Shown here one piece after another: positions 1 through 10,482 of a DNA stretch of 39,139 nt. Position 1 is the first letter of the stretch, and each line of letters starts with the position of its first letter. The translations under genes and the position numbers were made by a program. Origin of the DNA: Trichomonas gallinae (Eukaryota); NCBI GenBank assembly GCA_008369845.1, contig MRSU01000103.1:1-39139 (forward strand). The letters run 5' to 3'. A model generated the notes under the pieces. That model was not told where the DNA came from, made no database searches, and saw only the letters and a list, made by a program, of their open reading frames with translations.

Positions 1-4
<4 letters not shown>

Positions 5-41
<37 letters not shown>
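5..41 (+). repeat. poly(A) tract (37 nt)
   Basis: Uninterrupted A run following TTTT at the window edge. Confidence 0.9.
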
Positions 42-43
<2 letters not shown>

Positions 44-371
44 ACAAGAATCAAAGAACACGCTCACGACTTAAAGGATTCATCAGCTGGCTGTCCTGAA
101 ATTGCTTCATTTATAAATATTTTACGCTTGACGATCATCATATAAAAAATATTTGGCACTTTTCAGGCAAAAGAAATTTTATTTGTTAATTGAAAATACA
201 ACATATAAACTAGCATTTTAACATTTTGGTCAATTCAATTGTCTAAAATTAACCTTAATTATACGTGACAAAAAATTCTGTAAACTTATCAATTTTTAAG
301 AACTTTTATCCTTAAATATTGTATTTTTGACAGTTGTCAGATGTAAAGTGTCAAAACGTCATTAATGAAGA

Positions 372-1610
372 ATGGCAACCAAAAATATGAGCATCTCAGA
401 GATTAAAAATAAATCTATCCAAGCTATTATCCGTCCACCACGCAGAGAATACGAAATAGAAGACCTCCCGTTGAAAATTCAGTCGAATGATATGTATTTT
501 GTTAGACATCCAATTAATTTTCGAAACGTTAATAAGGATAAGATCGTCGGTTCTCTTTACTTCATGGAAGGAGTTGATCCAATGTCCGGAATCCCATGCG
601 TTATTTATCTCCACGGCAACGCTTCATCGCAACTAGAAGGCCAATTTCTTGTTCCTAACCTCTGCCCGCTCGGCGTTGCTGTTTACTGCTTCGATTTCGC
701 CGGCTGTGGTTCAAGCGGTGGAGAGTACATATCGTTGGGCTACTATGAGCAGCGTGACGTTGAAACTATTTTGTCGAACTTAACTTCTTCATATAGATTC
801 TCAAAATACGTGCTCTGGGGACGTTCTATGGGTGCAGCAACCTCAATACTAACAAATCATCCAGCGCTTGCCGGCCGTGTTGTTGATTCATGTTATACAT
901 CTATCTATGACGTGAGCTACGCCATTGCAGCATCCATGGGTGTTCCATCTTTGATCATTGGACCAGCAATCTGGTATTTAAGAAGCTGTATATCAGACGT
1001 AGCAAAATTCGATATTTATGATGTTGTTCCTCTAGAAGCAGCTAAGCGCGGAATGGGCGTACCAATGATCATGGGCCATGCAACTGATGATGAGTTTGTT
1101 CCATTCGAACAAGGCCAAAAAGTTTTCGAAGCATACAACGGAAATGAGAAAGAATTCGTGATTTTATCAGGTGGACATAACGGAAGAAGGACATCAGATT
1201 GGATCACACGCGCTTGCAGGTTTTGCTTGAAAGTTTTTGATATGCAGCCTTCAGAGTACAAATACAAACTATTTACTGGATTTGATAACTCAGAAAATGA
1301 TCCTCATTACAAGAATCTCCAAGATATGTTGAACTCACAAGGAGCAGCACCAAATCAACATGCACAATTAAATCCACAATTCCAACATCATGAAAACAAA
1401 GCAGAAGAGGAAAATACTAAGCCTTCTGATGATAATTCTACAACAACAAATGCTCCTGAGCCAAATGTACCTGAAGAAAAAACTCCAGATTTAAATGACA
1501 CCGAAGCGAAGGCTCCGGAAGCCAATTTATCAGAAACAAATGCCCTTGATGCAAACACACAAGAAGTTAGCAATCCTGAATCAAATTCTCCTGATCCGAA
1601 TAATTCATGA
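372..1610 (+). CDS. alpha/beta hydrolase (S9/ABHD-like serine hydrolase) with low-complexity N/E/P-rich tail
   Basis: YLHGN oxyanion motif, FDFAGCG, nucleophile elbow WGRSMG, acid residue in HATDDEFV, His in GGHN. Confidence 0.9.
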   Translation: MATKNMSISEIKNKSIQAIIRPPRREYEIEDLPLKIQSNDMYFVRHPINFRNVNKDKIVGSLYFMEGVDPMSGIPCVIYLHGNASSQLEGQFLVPNLCPLGVAVYCFDFAGCGSSGGEYISLGYYEQRDVETILSNLTSSYRFSKYVLWGRSMGAATSILTNHPALAGRVVDSCYTSIYDVSYAIAASMGVPSLIIGPAIWYLRSCISDVAKFDIYDVVPLEAAKRGMGVPMIMGHATDDEFVPFEQGQKVFEAYNGNEKEFVILSGGHNGRRTSDWITRACRFCLKVFDMQPSEYKYKLFTGFDNSENDPHYKNLQDMLNSQGAAPNQHAQLNPQFQHHENKAEEENTKPSDDNSTTTNAPEPNVPEEKTPDLNDTEAKAPEANLSETNALDANTQEVSNPESNSPDPNNS

Positions 1611-2717
1611 AAATGCTTATATATTTGATTTACTATCGATCTATTGCATGCAATTTCTATCTTAACATTGTTATCTTAAATATTATTACTTTCCAAAAAA
1701 AAAAATTGAATCACTATGTTATAGTAATACAACAAATATATATATATCTTCAAGCTATAAATAATGAAAAAATCATAACTAAAGCATAATATCTGAACAT
1801 TTAAAAATTTTGAAAATTATTAACTCGTTATTTGTGCCAAAATATTTTAAATCTCTGTTAAAGCTGCAGAGTACTTTTTAACAAATCCAAGATGCAAATA
1901 TGACTAGCTTGATCGAAATTTGTATAAAAATATAAAATTTGAGGTGGAGCTTGACGGATGGCTGCTATATAGCTAAGGATCCAACATTTCCTTAGCCAAA
2001 TCAAATAAAGGATTTACCGTATACGTATTTGACGGTGACCATAATCTAATGTAAGATTATATATTTGACAAATAAAATATTTACTTGACAAGAATTATCA
2101 TAATCCATTGAAAAATCCTTCAAAACGTGACATTTTATTTTAAAAAGTAGAAATTGCTATATTAGTTTTGTGCATGGACTGATTTGTAAAACGATTATTT
2201 TAGCAAGAAAATTGAATCTTCTCAAGTGGTCAAAAGTGACAAATCAATCTTTACAAAAAATCAATTGTTTTGAGAGGATGATTTGCTTACATCCGCTTGA
2301 TTGGAAAAATAATGACATAGATAAACATATATAATGTATTTTTTCTGGACATAGGGCCGCATGTAAATATCTTTCATCAGGGGCTTGTTATCATTGAGAT
2401 TTCGAAATTTTGAAGGTGTGAAACTCCGATAACAGACTGTTTTCTATACGGATTTAAGAATAGTATGTCTCGTAGTATTAAATATGGTGATTTATATTGA
2501 AATATTGTGTCTTTACATGTATTTAATCTCGAATTTAAAGAATTCTAAGTTAATAGAGAAGAATAAAAAGAAGAAAAGAAAGAAAAAAGGGAAAATACGG
2601 AATTCTACTGTTTTTATTAATAAAAAAATTATATTCCAGAAAATATGATAATCGATTTATCCTGGTAATGGAGGATGTGGGTTCCCTAGGGATTGGTTAA
2701 ATCACTGTGTGTGTGAT

Positions 2718-3578
2718 TTACTGTAACTTGCCGAGCTGCTCGAGGATAACTGCAGCAACTTCGAGCTGGCGCTTGCGGAGGTCCTCTGTGCTCATGGCGT
2801 GGCCGTTGGCATCAGAATTGACGACTGTGACGCAGGCAGCGTGGATGTCCTTGTTGACCTCTCTGAGAGCTGTCCAGTAGAGTGGATATGTATCCATTTC
2901 GAGAGAATCGATCTTGCCGAGCTCAGCTTGAACCTTCTCGAGAAGACCGTCTGTCTTGAAATCGAGATTGCCGACACCGCCGGAAGCAAGTGTTGGGGCG
3001 TTGACACCAGAGACGAAGGATGGGTTGGAAGCAACTCTGCCCTCGACTGTTGGGATGTTGGCAGCCTTGAGTCCCTCATTCAAAGCCTTAAGGAGTCCCT
3101 CGTGGGCTGGGACTGGCTTCTTGAAGAAGCGGTATGGTGTAGCGTTGTCCTTGTTGAATGTGTTGAAATCAAGCTCGTAGGCGACGCAATCCTTGACATT
3201 GATTGCTGTTCCGAGAGCGTGGCCAGCTGGGGATGGAGCAGCACCGAGCTGGATGAATGTGAGCTTGCCCTTTGTGATTGTACGAACTTCACGAACGAGG
3301 AAATCGATCATAGCGAAGCCGATACCGAAAGCGCAGATAGAGAGGCGCTTGCCCTTGTAGTGGCCTGTGAATGTTGTGTATCCACGGTTAGAGCGGAAGC
3401 AGAATGGCTCCTTCTCTTCGAAGAGCTTTGAGATCTGTTCGGCCAAGTAGTAATCTGTTGTGATGAGGAAATCGTTGGAGACCTCATCCTTTGTGCAGCC
3501 AAAGTGATATGGGCGTCCGTCCTTATCAACTGGAATTGTGTTGCCGCCCTTGCAAGAATCTGGATGCTGGAGAGTCAT
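2718..3578 (-). CDS. uridine phosphorylase / PNP_UDP_1 family protein, divergent active site
   Basis: DGRPYH, SNRGYTTFTGHYKGKRLSICAFGIG, MIDFLVRE and LEMDT segments fit the family. First in-frame ATG is at 3578 (the ORF track starts at a TTG). Strong C-ending codon bias. Confidence 0.8.
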   Translation of the reverse strand: MTLQHPDSCKGGNTIPVDKDGRPYHFGCTKDEVSNDFLITTDYYLAEQISKLFEEKEPFCFRSNRGYTTFTGHYKGKRLSICAFGIGFAMIDFLVREVRTITKGKLTFIQLGAAPSPAGHALGTAINVKDCVAYELDFNTFNKDNATPYRFFKKPVPAHEGLLKALNEGLKAANIPTVEGRVASNPSFVSGVNAPTLASGGVGNLDFKTDGLLEKVQAELGKIDSLEMDTYPLYWTALREVNKDIHAACVTVVNSDANGHAMSTEDLRKRQLEVAAVILEQLGKLQ

Positions 3579-3640
3579 CGAAATCTGAAAGTTAACAGAG
3601 CTATTCAATTTCTGATCGTTTTTTCTTTCATCGTTTCAGA

Positions 3641-3648
3641 AAAGTGAC
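3641..3648 (-). promoter_or_regulatory. initiator-like GTCACTTT (reverse complement of trichomonad motif AAAGTGAC) upstream of the phosphorylase
   Basis: Reads TCACT on the sense strand, matching the TCA(T/C)(T/A) initiator consensus. The same 8-mer occurs at 5043, 10050 and 23487 next to gene starts. Confidence 0.55.
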
Positions 3649-4290
3649 AAATTAAATCTCTTTTTTCCAAAATTACTACTATTTTCTGCATATATAACAA
3701 CTTTTGGATTTAGCTCAAAATTTTTGAAAGCAATTCTATATTTCATTAGATTTTATACTTTAACAATGACAAAATGTTTTTACATAACCCATTAAATTTT
3801 GAAATTGGGAGAAAAAAACAAAAAACTCAAATTTTTTGTGTTTTTGATTTTTTATTAACTTCGATTCTTGTAATGGGTTCTATACAAGCTATATAAATGA
3901 ATCCGTATTATGGTGGATTCCAACTGCCTGTAACCAGATTGGTAAGAAGTTCCTTAATTCCTAATGTTGAAATATCAAATGCTTATAGGTAGTATATAAA
4001 TAATAAATGGAAAATTGTAACATTATTTTTGAATCAGAAAAATGAAAAAAGTGAATCATTTTATTACAACACCTGTCATTAGAATGACCAATAATTGTAC
4101 TACAGTTGTATGCATTTTGCATAATTTTGATGGTAATGCTTTCGATTCATGTTTATGGTAAAGAAATAATTAAGGATTTCGAAAAATTGATCAAATGCCA
4201 CTCTAATATATGGATTTGGCATATTTATCCTCGGTTTATATAAATATTTGTTTTTATAAGATGTTTGACGTAATACAATATTTCATAATT

Positions 4291-5007
4291 TTATTCAACG
4301 ATAATGAATATGAACAACATCATGATTTGAATGCATATGCCATATATAGGCTTCATGCATGAAATAGGATCAGGATTGTAATGAATTATCGAAGCATCTT
4401 TATTACTTCCATAAAGCAGATGAAATTTGTTTATATTAACCATAGAAGCGTAGTTTCTGAATTCTATATACTCAATGTTGCTAATCGCGAAAAATTGCCA
4501 TGATTCAACATTATTTACAGTTGGGGGAAAATATATTTTTCGAAATTGGTCAGATTTAGCAAATGCAGCACAGGCAATACTCAGAGTGCCATAAGGAACA
4601 TACACAATTGTTTCTCCATGTCGTGGAGGCCAAAAATACAGAGTTTTTAGATCTTTTGTAAATAAAATCCCATCAATATCAGTAAAAAACTGATTTTCTT
4701 TATCCACGCAAACTTTTGATAGAACAGAAGTGCCATCAAATGCTTGCAAAGGGCTCAGCTTCATTACAGATTTTGGAAGATTCAAAATTGCAAGATGTCG
4801 AAGATTATCATTAATATCATTTCCAAATTCCGTTACATTATCATCAAATACAATCTTTGTTACTAATGGATAGTTTTTAAAACTATTATCTCCAATTTTA
4901 GTAAATCCTTGCATATATAGTATCTTTGCATCTGTGTGCTCATTGTAGCCAGCAAACTCATCATATCCATATATAACAAATGAGTCTGGCTCAGGGCCAT
5001 TAAACAT
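4291..5007 (-). CDS. short BspA-like (TpLRR/LRR_5) surface protein
   Basis: KIGDNSFKN, LPKSV, ENQFFTDIDGILFTKDLKTLYFWPP, VPYGTLSIACAAF; Cys followed by a hydrophobic C-terminal tail. First in-frame ATG at 5007; true start uncertain. Confidence 0.75.
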   Translation of the reverse strand: MFNGPEPDSFVIYGYDEFAGYNEHTDAKILYMQGFTKIGDNSFKNYPLVTKIVFDDNVTEFGNDINDNLRHLAILNLPKSVMKLSPLQAFDGTSVLSKVCVDKENQFFTDIDGILFTKDLKTLYFWPPRHGETIVYVPYGTLSIACAAFAKSDQFRKIYFPPTVNNVESWQFFAISNIEYIEFRNYASMVNINKFHLLYGSNKDASIIHYNPDPISCMKPIYGICIQIMMLFIFIIVE

Positions 5008-5137
5008 ATTTAAGATTGGCAAATTCAAATCATATGAATTAAAAAGTGACAAAATTTAAAAATTGACAAAATAACCTTATTTAAATAAATTGGGCCTCGA
5101 AAAATAAAAGAGGGTGCTATAAACGTACAAAAAAATT

Positions 5138-6205
5138 ATGTGGAAACTTGATTATCAAATACGCAGACATACAAAGCCAATCAACGCTGTTACGGTTTCC
5201 AATGATATGAAAATTATAATGTCAGCATCGGAAGATCATACAATCGGTATATTTGATCGAGAAAATCAAGATATTGATATTATCGAAGCACATGATGCTC
5301 CAATAACAGATATCAAACTTTCACCAAATGGCCAGTTGTTTGCAACTGCATCTACAGACAGAACAACAAAAATTTGGGATGTTAAATCTCATAAATCGAT
5401 TTTTACAACGAAAACACATAAACAAAGTGTATCAGCTGTTACATGGTTCCAAGATTCATCCAAAATTGCTACAGCATCCCATGATGGCTCAGTAATTCTC
5501 TGGGATGTGAAAGAACTCGAACGTTTATTGATAATGAATGGAATCAATGGATGGGTTAATGACGTACAAGTGCATGAAAACCTTATTGCCATGGCAGGAA
5601 ATGACAGAAACATTGTAATTTATGATGATAGAACTGGAAAAGTTGCGCAAAAACTAAATACACACACGGAAACAGATGTATCTTCCATTTCTTTCCATCA
5701 TTTAGGCTCTTGCATAGCTGCTAGTTCAAATGACAACAAAATCAGATTGTTTGATCTTCGTACAACAAATGTTGTTCGTAGACAACGTTGTCATAAAGAA
5801 GCAATTACTAGAGTTGCTTTTAATCCGTTTACAGATGACTATATTACTGTTGGCAAAGACGGCTTTGCAAGAATCTGGTCATTAAAGACAACAGACATTG
5901 TTCATTCATTCCAACAACACGAATCTGGCATAAACAATGTCACATGGTGTGCTGATGGAAAGCATTTCGCAACAGCTGGCGACGACAGAAAAATTTGCGT
6001 TTGGTATGAAAGTGAGTCTAACAATAACGATTTTGATGGTGGAGACATCCTCTCAACACTCGGCACGATACAGCAGCAGCTGAGAGTCCTGACAAGTGCA
6101 ATGAAAAGATTAGATGAGAGATTACTCATACAAGAAAGCAAAGTTAAGTTTTTGCAAGATATCGATAGACCAATAACGCGTGCATACAACAAAAAACCAA
6201 AATAA
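5138..6205 (+). CDS. POC1: WD40-repeat centriolar protein POC1-like
   Basis: Seven WD40 repeats plus a C-terminal coiled coil (LGTIQQQLRVLTSAMKRLDERLLIQESKV) resembling the Poc1 motif. Confidence 0.75.
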   Translation: MWKLDYQIRRHTKPINAVTVSNDMKIIMSASEDHTIGIFDRENQDIDIIEAHDAPITDIKLSPNGQLFATASTDRTTKIWDVKSHKSIFTTKTHKQSVSAVTWFQDSSKIATASHDGSVILWDVKELERLLIMNGINGWVNDVQVHENLIAMAGNDRNIVIYDDRTGKVAQKLNTHTETDVSSISFHHLGSCIAASSNDNKIRLFDLRTTNVVRRQRCHKEAITRVAFNPFTDDYITVGKDGFARIWSLKTTDIVHSFQQHESGINNVTWCADGKHFATAGDDRKICVWYESESNNNDFDGGDILSTLGTIQQQLRVLTSAMKRLDERLLIQESKVKFLQDIDRPITRAYNKKPK

Positions 6206-6644
6206 ATGTTTATTTTTCTCTGTTTTTTTAAAATTATAATTTTATCAAATACGAATTTGAACATTCAAAGGGCAACCATAGTTGTCAGCACAAGGCTCTA
6301 TTCATTTTGCATATAAGCAAACATGAATGCTATGGGTTGATTGAGCAATAATTATTTGGAATAATATAATTATGTAAAGCCAAGGGCCATTTGCTTGTTC
6401 CATGGCCATTTATAGCGTATTTTTATAAGATATAAAAATATATTTACTGACATTTGTCAAAAATTCACCAGGTTAATAATCGACGACTATTATCGTAGGT
6501 GATTAGAGCTGAACTAGTCTAATTGCTAAACATGATAGTATACTATATACCCTAATGTCATGAGAGAAACTAAATCTTCTTTATTTAATTTTCGTGCTGA
6601 ATATTCGATATTAATATAGATGTCCATATTTGTTTGTAAATTTT

Positions 6645-6850
6645 TTTGACATGTAAAGCAAAATATGACAAATACAACTATGACATGTACAGTAAAAAAT
6701 ATGGCAAATTCTAAATTCCATCATATGCGTGGAATGAATCGACATGTAAAGTCAAAAATATGATATTTTCAATATATTTGACAAGTAAAATAAAATATGA
6801 CGAATTTTCGAATTTTTGACACGTAAAGTTCAATATGACATATGACAAAT
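6645..6850 (+). repeat. degenerate tandem array of about 5 TGACATGTAAA(N4-6)ATATGAC units
   Basis: Units begin near 6647, 6680, 6741, 6779 and 6817. Confidence 0.8.
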
Positions 6851-7567
6851 TTCCATCATATGTCTGGAATTAATCGCGGTGGCAATCAACAAAATCCTAA
6901 TGCTAATCAAAATGAACCAGAACCCCCAATGTACGATTGGGAAAAGAAAACAGTATCTACGCCCGTTAATACTGGAAAAATTGATTGGGATTATGTAAGA
7001 CCGGAATCTAAACAGGAAGAAGAGCAGCCAAAAAGAAATAGAGATGTTGTTTTTGACCTTAAGTCCAATAAAATCAAACAAATTCCTGATCTTCCAGATA
7101 GTTTTTATAATGTCAAGTTTGGCGACGTTGGTGGTGCGGCTAAGAGTATGAGAACAGCTGGAACATTCGCCAAGAAAGGAGGACCGCCAAAACAAAGAAC
7201 TACAGCAAGAATTAGATTTAATTTCGATGGACCATATTCAGATTTGCTTTTAGAAGCTTCATTTGGCATTAATGAAGGTTGCAGCGAAATTTATAACTTT
7301 TTACAAGGGGAAATTTTCATTCCAGAATGCGAACTAAAATTATCATTGCCTTTCCCAGTTAAGCAAATAATGAACACACATCAAATGGACCTTTCATCGC
7401 AAAATATTGTTGGTAATTGTATACTTAACGTAATGATTCGCTCTAAAGGCTTCTTAATTCCAGAATTACGCGAAAAATTCAAAGAACTTACAGAAAAGAA
7501 AGCTGCTGAAGAGCAAACTAAGGCTGAAGAACAAGCTAAGGCCGAAGAAGCTCCTAAACAAGAATAA
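6842..7567 (+). CDS. hypothetical protein, possible UBX-like domain
   Basis: 241-aa ORF. TARIRFNF...LLEASFGINE..SEIYNFL...LSLPFP resembles UBX; KAEEQ repeats at the C-terminus. Start may be the ATG at 6860. Confidence 0.65.
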   Translation: MTNFHHMSGINRGGNQQNPNANQNEPEPPMYDWEKKTVSTPVNTGKIDWDYVRPESKQEEEQPKRNRDVVFDLKSNKIKQIPDLPDSFYNVKFGDVGGAAKSMRTAGTFAKKGGPPKQRTTARIRFNFDGPYSDLLLEASFGINEGCSEIYNFLQGEIFIPECELKLSLPFPVKQIMNTHQMDLSSQNIVGNCILNVMIRSKGFLIPELREKFKELTEKKAAEEQTKAEEQAKAEEAPKQE

Positions 7568-7926
7568 ATCTTTTTGTATTCCTTTTAATCGTATATGTTT
7601 TTGATTATTAAAGATGCACTGCTCTTGTTTTGCTAATGCCGATGAAAAAGCAGAAATGTTGCAAATATTTTAAATAAAAATAGCAGCTAAGAAACACATA
7701 TAGTTTAGAACTCAGCAGTTTAGTGGCTGATATTTTGTACAGACTTTAAAATTTACCAAAAAGTAGTCATAGTCCGCGGGAACAAAGAATCCAGATGCCA
7801 TATATCTAAATGACTTTGTCCGCGTTGTGGAAAGTCTTGCTTCATTGTTGTTGTTATGCCCTCGATCACGATTTGCTGAAACTAGTTTTGCATCGGTAGG
7901 AACTATTACTCTATCAACTCTGACCG

Positions 7927-8705
7927 ATGCAACCTAGGAATTTTGAGGAAGCCAAGATCGATCGTCTTTTCACGCGTCCTCTGAACCTTTCTAAGCATGT
8001 TGAAGAAGTTGGATGGCGCAACGCTTGCCTTCTTCTTCCAGAGGTCAATCACGAAGATCGTGTTCTTGATTGTGTCTTAGATATGGGATTTGATCATTTA
8101 CAATGGAATGAAAAGGAGCGGGAAAAGACTATACAAAAAAACTATTATCAAGCACTGAGTTATGGACTACTGCGTCCTTTTGCCGAAGGCATAGGATTCA
8201 TCGAGGATGCGTTCAAAGGCTGGAACGGATGCTATTTCCAAATCAAGCCTTTCCAGGATAAACCTTTGTCTGAAGAAGCAGACCATGTTGCAGTTATTCT
8301 TCGTAATCGTGCTGCATACTCAAACTGGGAACTTCCAAAAGGATTCTACATCCCAACACGTGCATTCAGATGCCGGTATGGTCAATTCAGCGTTTACCAT
8401 TATGGACCGTGCACTCTCATATGCTAATCAGATGTTTTTCTTGATAGAAACATGTATTCACCAGTATTTATTCCAGTTGGCACACGTCCATACAACTTAA
8501 ACAACCCATTCGAGAAGTTTCTCAAAGAGATCTCTGTTTTAGTTTTTTTTTTTGCCGCGTTAAAGGTACTACTCTTCCAGTTGAAGGCGAAGACTCTAAT
8601 CCAGACGCCGAAAAAGACATGACTCCAAGTGAAAAAGTAGAACTTGAATATCAAAGATTAGATGCAAGAGAAAGGAAATTCCTCCATTCGACTATAGTCG
8701 CGTGA
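7927..8705 (+). pseudogene. disrupted coding sequence of unknown family
   Basis: 166-aa ORF. The same frame stays protein-like past TAA 8425-8427 (SDVFLDRNMYSPVFIPVG...), then shifts at a poly-T near 8543-8553 into RVKGTTLPVEGEDSNPDAEKD...*. Confidence 0.45.
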
Positions 8706-9425
8706 AAAATAGGCAAACGCTATAGTGAAACCAAAATTAGTGTCGTAGCGTGCTTGACTTTTGAGTGAAAAAATCTAAACCACACGACACTTATTATGGC
8801 CCATTCAAATCAAAAACGTGCTTATTTTCAAGGTTGCTACTAATATAGGCTATAGTAAAAACACAAAACTAATTTCTCTTTAAGAAGTGTTCTGGCGGAG
8901 TAACATATATAAACGCATGCGAAAATGCTGTTCAATGAGGCTTTAATTACATTTTAGTCGAATTAAACAGATATTTTATTAAAATTTCAAGATTCCCACC
9001 ACATTAATTTTTCGACTGTCTCCTACATGTTTCACAACATAGATATTTTGAAACTGTTAAATTTTATATCAGTGAAGCATCCCAATACAGCTATTATAGA
9101 ATATTATTAGAATAAATATAGTTTGATCCAAAAGCAAAATATTTAATACGAGTGAACTTAAGGCAATTAGTTAGTATAATATTTTCTGAATACTATTTTT
9201 GTGATATAGTAAACTTCTGGACTATTTTTAATATAACATCCATTTTTTCAAAAGTTGAAGGATCCTTATACTGTTGGAACCTTGCCTAGCCAGATTTAGA
9301 CACATTTAATAGATGTAATTGACTGATTCGAAGAACTGTCGAGATAATCTACAGCAATGCGCCAAAATTAATTGCGATTCTCTCACTAGTAATAAGCAAT
9401 GAGATGCTACAAAAACAGAAAAAAT

Positions 9426-9640
9426 ATTTGGCGCCTGCATTGATGAGAATGTCGCGAATTCAGGTTAAGTTTTTAGACTTTGTTCTTTTATTGTATTTGT
9501 TGTCTTTCTCGTTGAGTTTGGCTCCATGTTTGATGAGATATTCAACACTTTCATCATCATCCATGTTCATTGATATCCAGGCCTTGAGAGAGGAGATATT
9601 CAATGACAGCATCTTGATTTGTTGGTGCAGTAGATACATA
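9426..9640 (-). pseudogene. ankyrin-repeat gene relic
   Basis: Broken frames read VIEYLLSQGLDINEHG, VEYLIKHGAKLNEKDNK and IRDILINAGAK. Confidence 0.7.
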
Positions 9641-9669
9641 ACATTTATTTAAAATAGAACAAACAAATT

Positions 9670-10044
9670 TTACACATTCGATTTTTGTAATTTTTCTAAT
9701 TCTGCAGTTAATTCTGCGTTCTTCGCATGGAGTGCTTTTATATCTGTATTACACTCAATGATGCGATTTTGAGCGCTGTCTGCTCTTCTAACAAGTTTCG
9801 TTAGGTAATGTACTGCTTTTTCATAATTTTCTCTAAGAGTCTTAGAGTTTTGTATTTGCTGATTTGCTGCGCTGACATCAATTTGAAAATCATCGGAGAA
9901 AATAAAGAAATTGTTATTATTTTCGATAACTTTGATATTCTCTGGCTTTATTTCCATTGACTCTGCGAATCCATCCAAAATGCCGTCATCCATAGCATCG
10001 CCGCGGACTCTGTGAGTCGGAATTGCAATAAAAACCTCCCCCAT
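9670..10044 (-). CDS. hypothetical small coiled-coil protein
   Basis: 124-aa ATG ORF with a heptad C-terminus. AAAGTGAC and TTTACATGTCA lie directly upstream. Confidence 0.7.
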   Translation of the reverse strand: MGEVFIAIPTHRVRGDAMDDGILDGFAESMEIKPENIKVIENNNNFFIFSDDFQIDVSAANQQIQNSKTLRENYEKAVHYLTKLVRRADSAQNRIIECNTDIKALHAKNAELTAELEKLQKSNV

Positions 10045-10174
10045 ATTTTGTCACTTTTTTGATTTTTGACATGTAAACTATATCCAAAACATTTACTTTA
10101 GAATCAACAAAACATTCAAAACTATTGCTACGATCCTTATATAGAGAAGATGACTATAGAAATCCGATGAAAAA

Positions 10175-10256
10175 GCCTTGATTCTTGCTTCAAGATATGA
10201 TCATCATGAAGCTGTTTAACTCCATGTCAATGTTCATGTTTAAGATGTCGATGCGC
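10175..10256 (+). pseudogene. ankyrin-repeat relic
   Basis: ALILASRYDHHEAV*...VNVHV*DVD; shares CATCATGAAGCTGT with the relic at 14154. Confidence 0.5.
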
Positions 10257-10482
10257 CATAATAAAATTTAGCATATATGATATTTTGAGTTTGAATCCAT
10301 TGTTTAATCTAGACTGTTTACATCTACATCAGAAATACTTGAGATGAAGTTTGACATTCAATGAAGCATCAATCAAGACTGTGTAGTCATTTTTGCATGT
10401 CAAAAACAAATTTATTCGTCAAATATGATTTTTATGTAGCAAAAAATCTAGTTTACATGACATATTTTTAATACTTTTTGTT

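Noticed and set aside
1..41. poly(A) as a retrotransposon tail
   Set aside because: It lies at the window edge with no element body or target-site duplication visible.
2701..2716. CAGUGA as an iron-responsive element, or ACACACAG as an intron 3' end
   Set aside because: The flanks do not form the IRE upper stem; there is no CTAAC branch point or matching 5' splice site.
2799..3431. 210-aa plus-strand ORF and other overlapping ORFs
   Set aside because: Antisense shadows of the codon-biased phosphorylase gene.
3621..3627. AAAAAAC as a -1 frameshift slippery site in the uORF
   Set aside because: The heptamer is not in the X XXY YYZ phase relative to the uORF.
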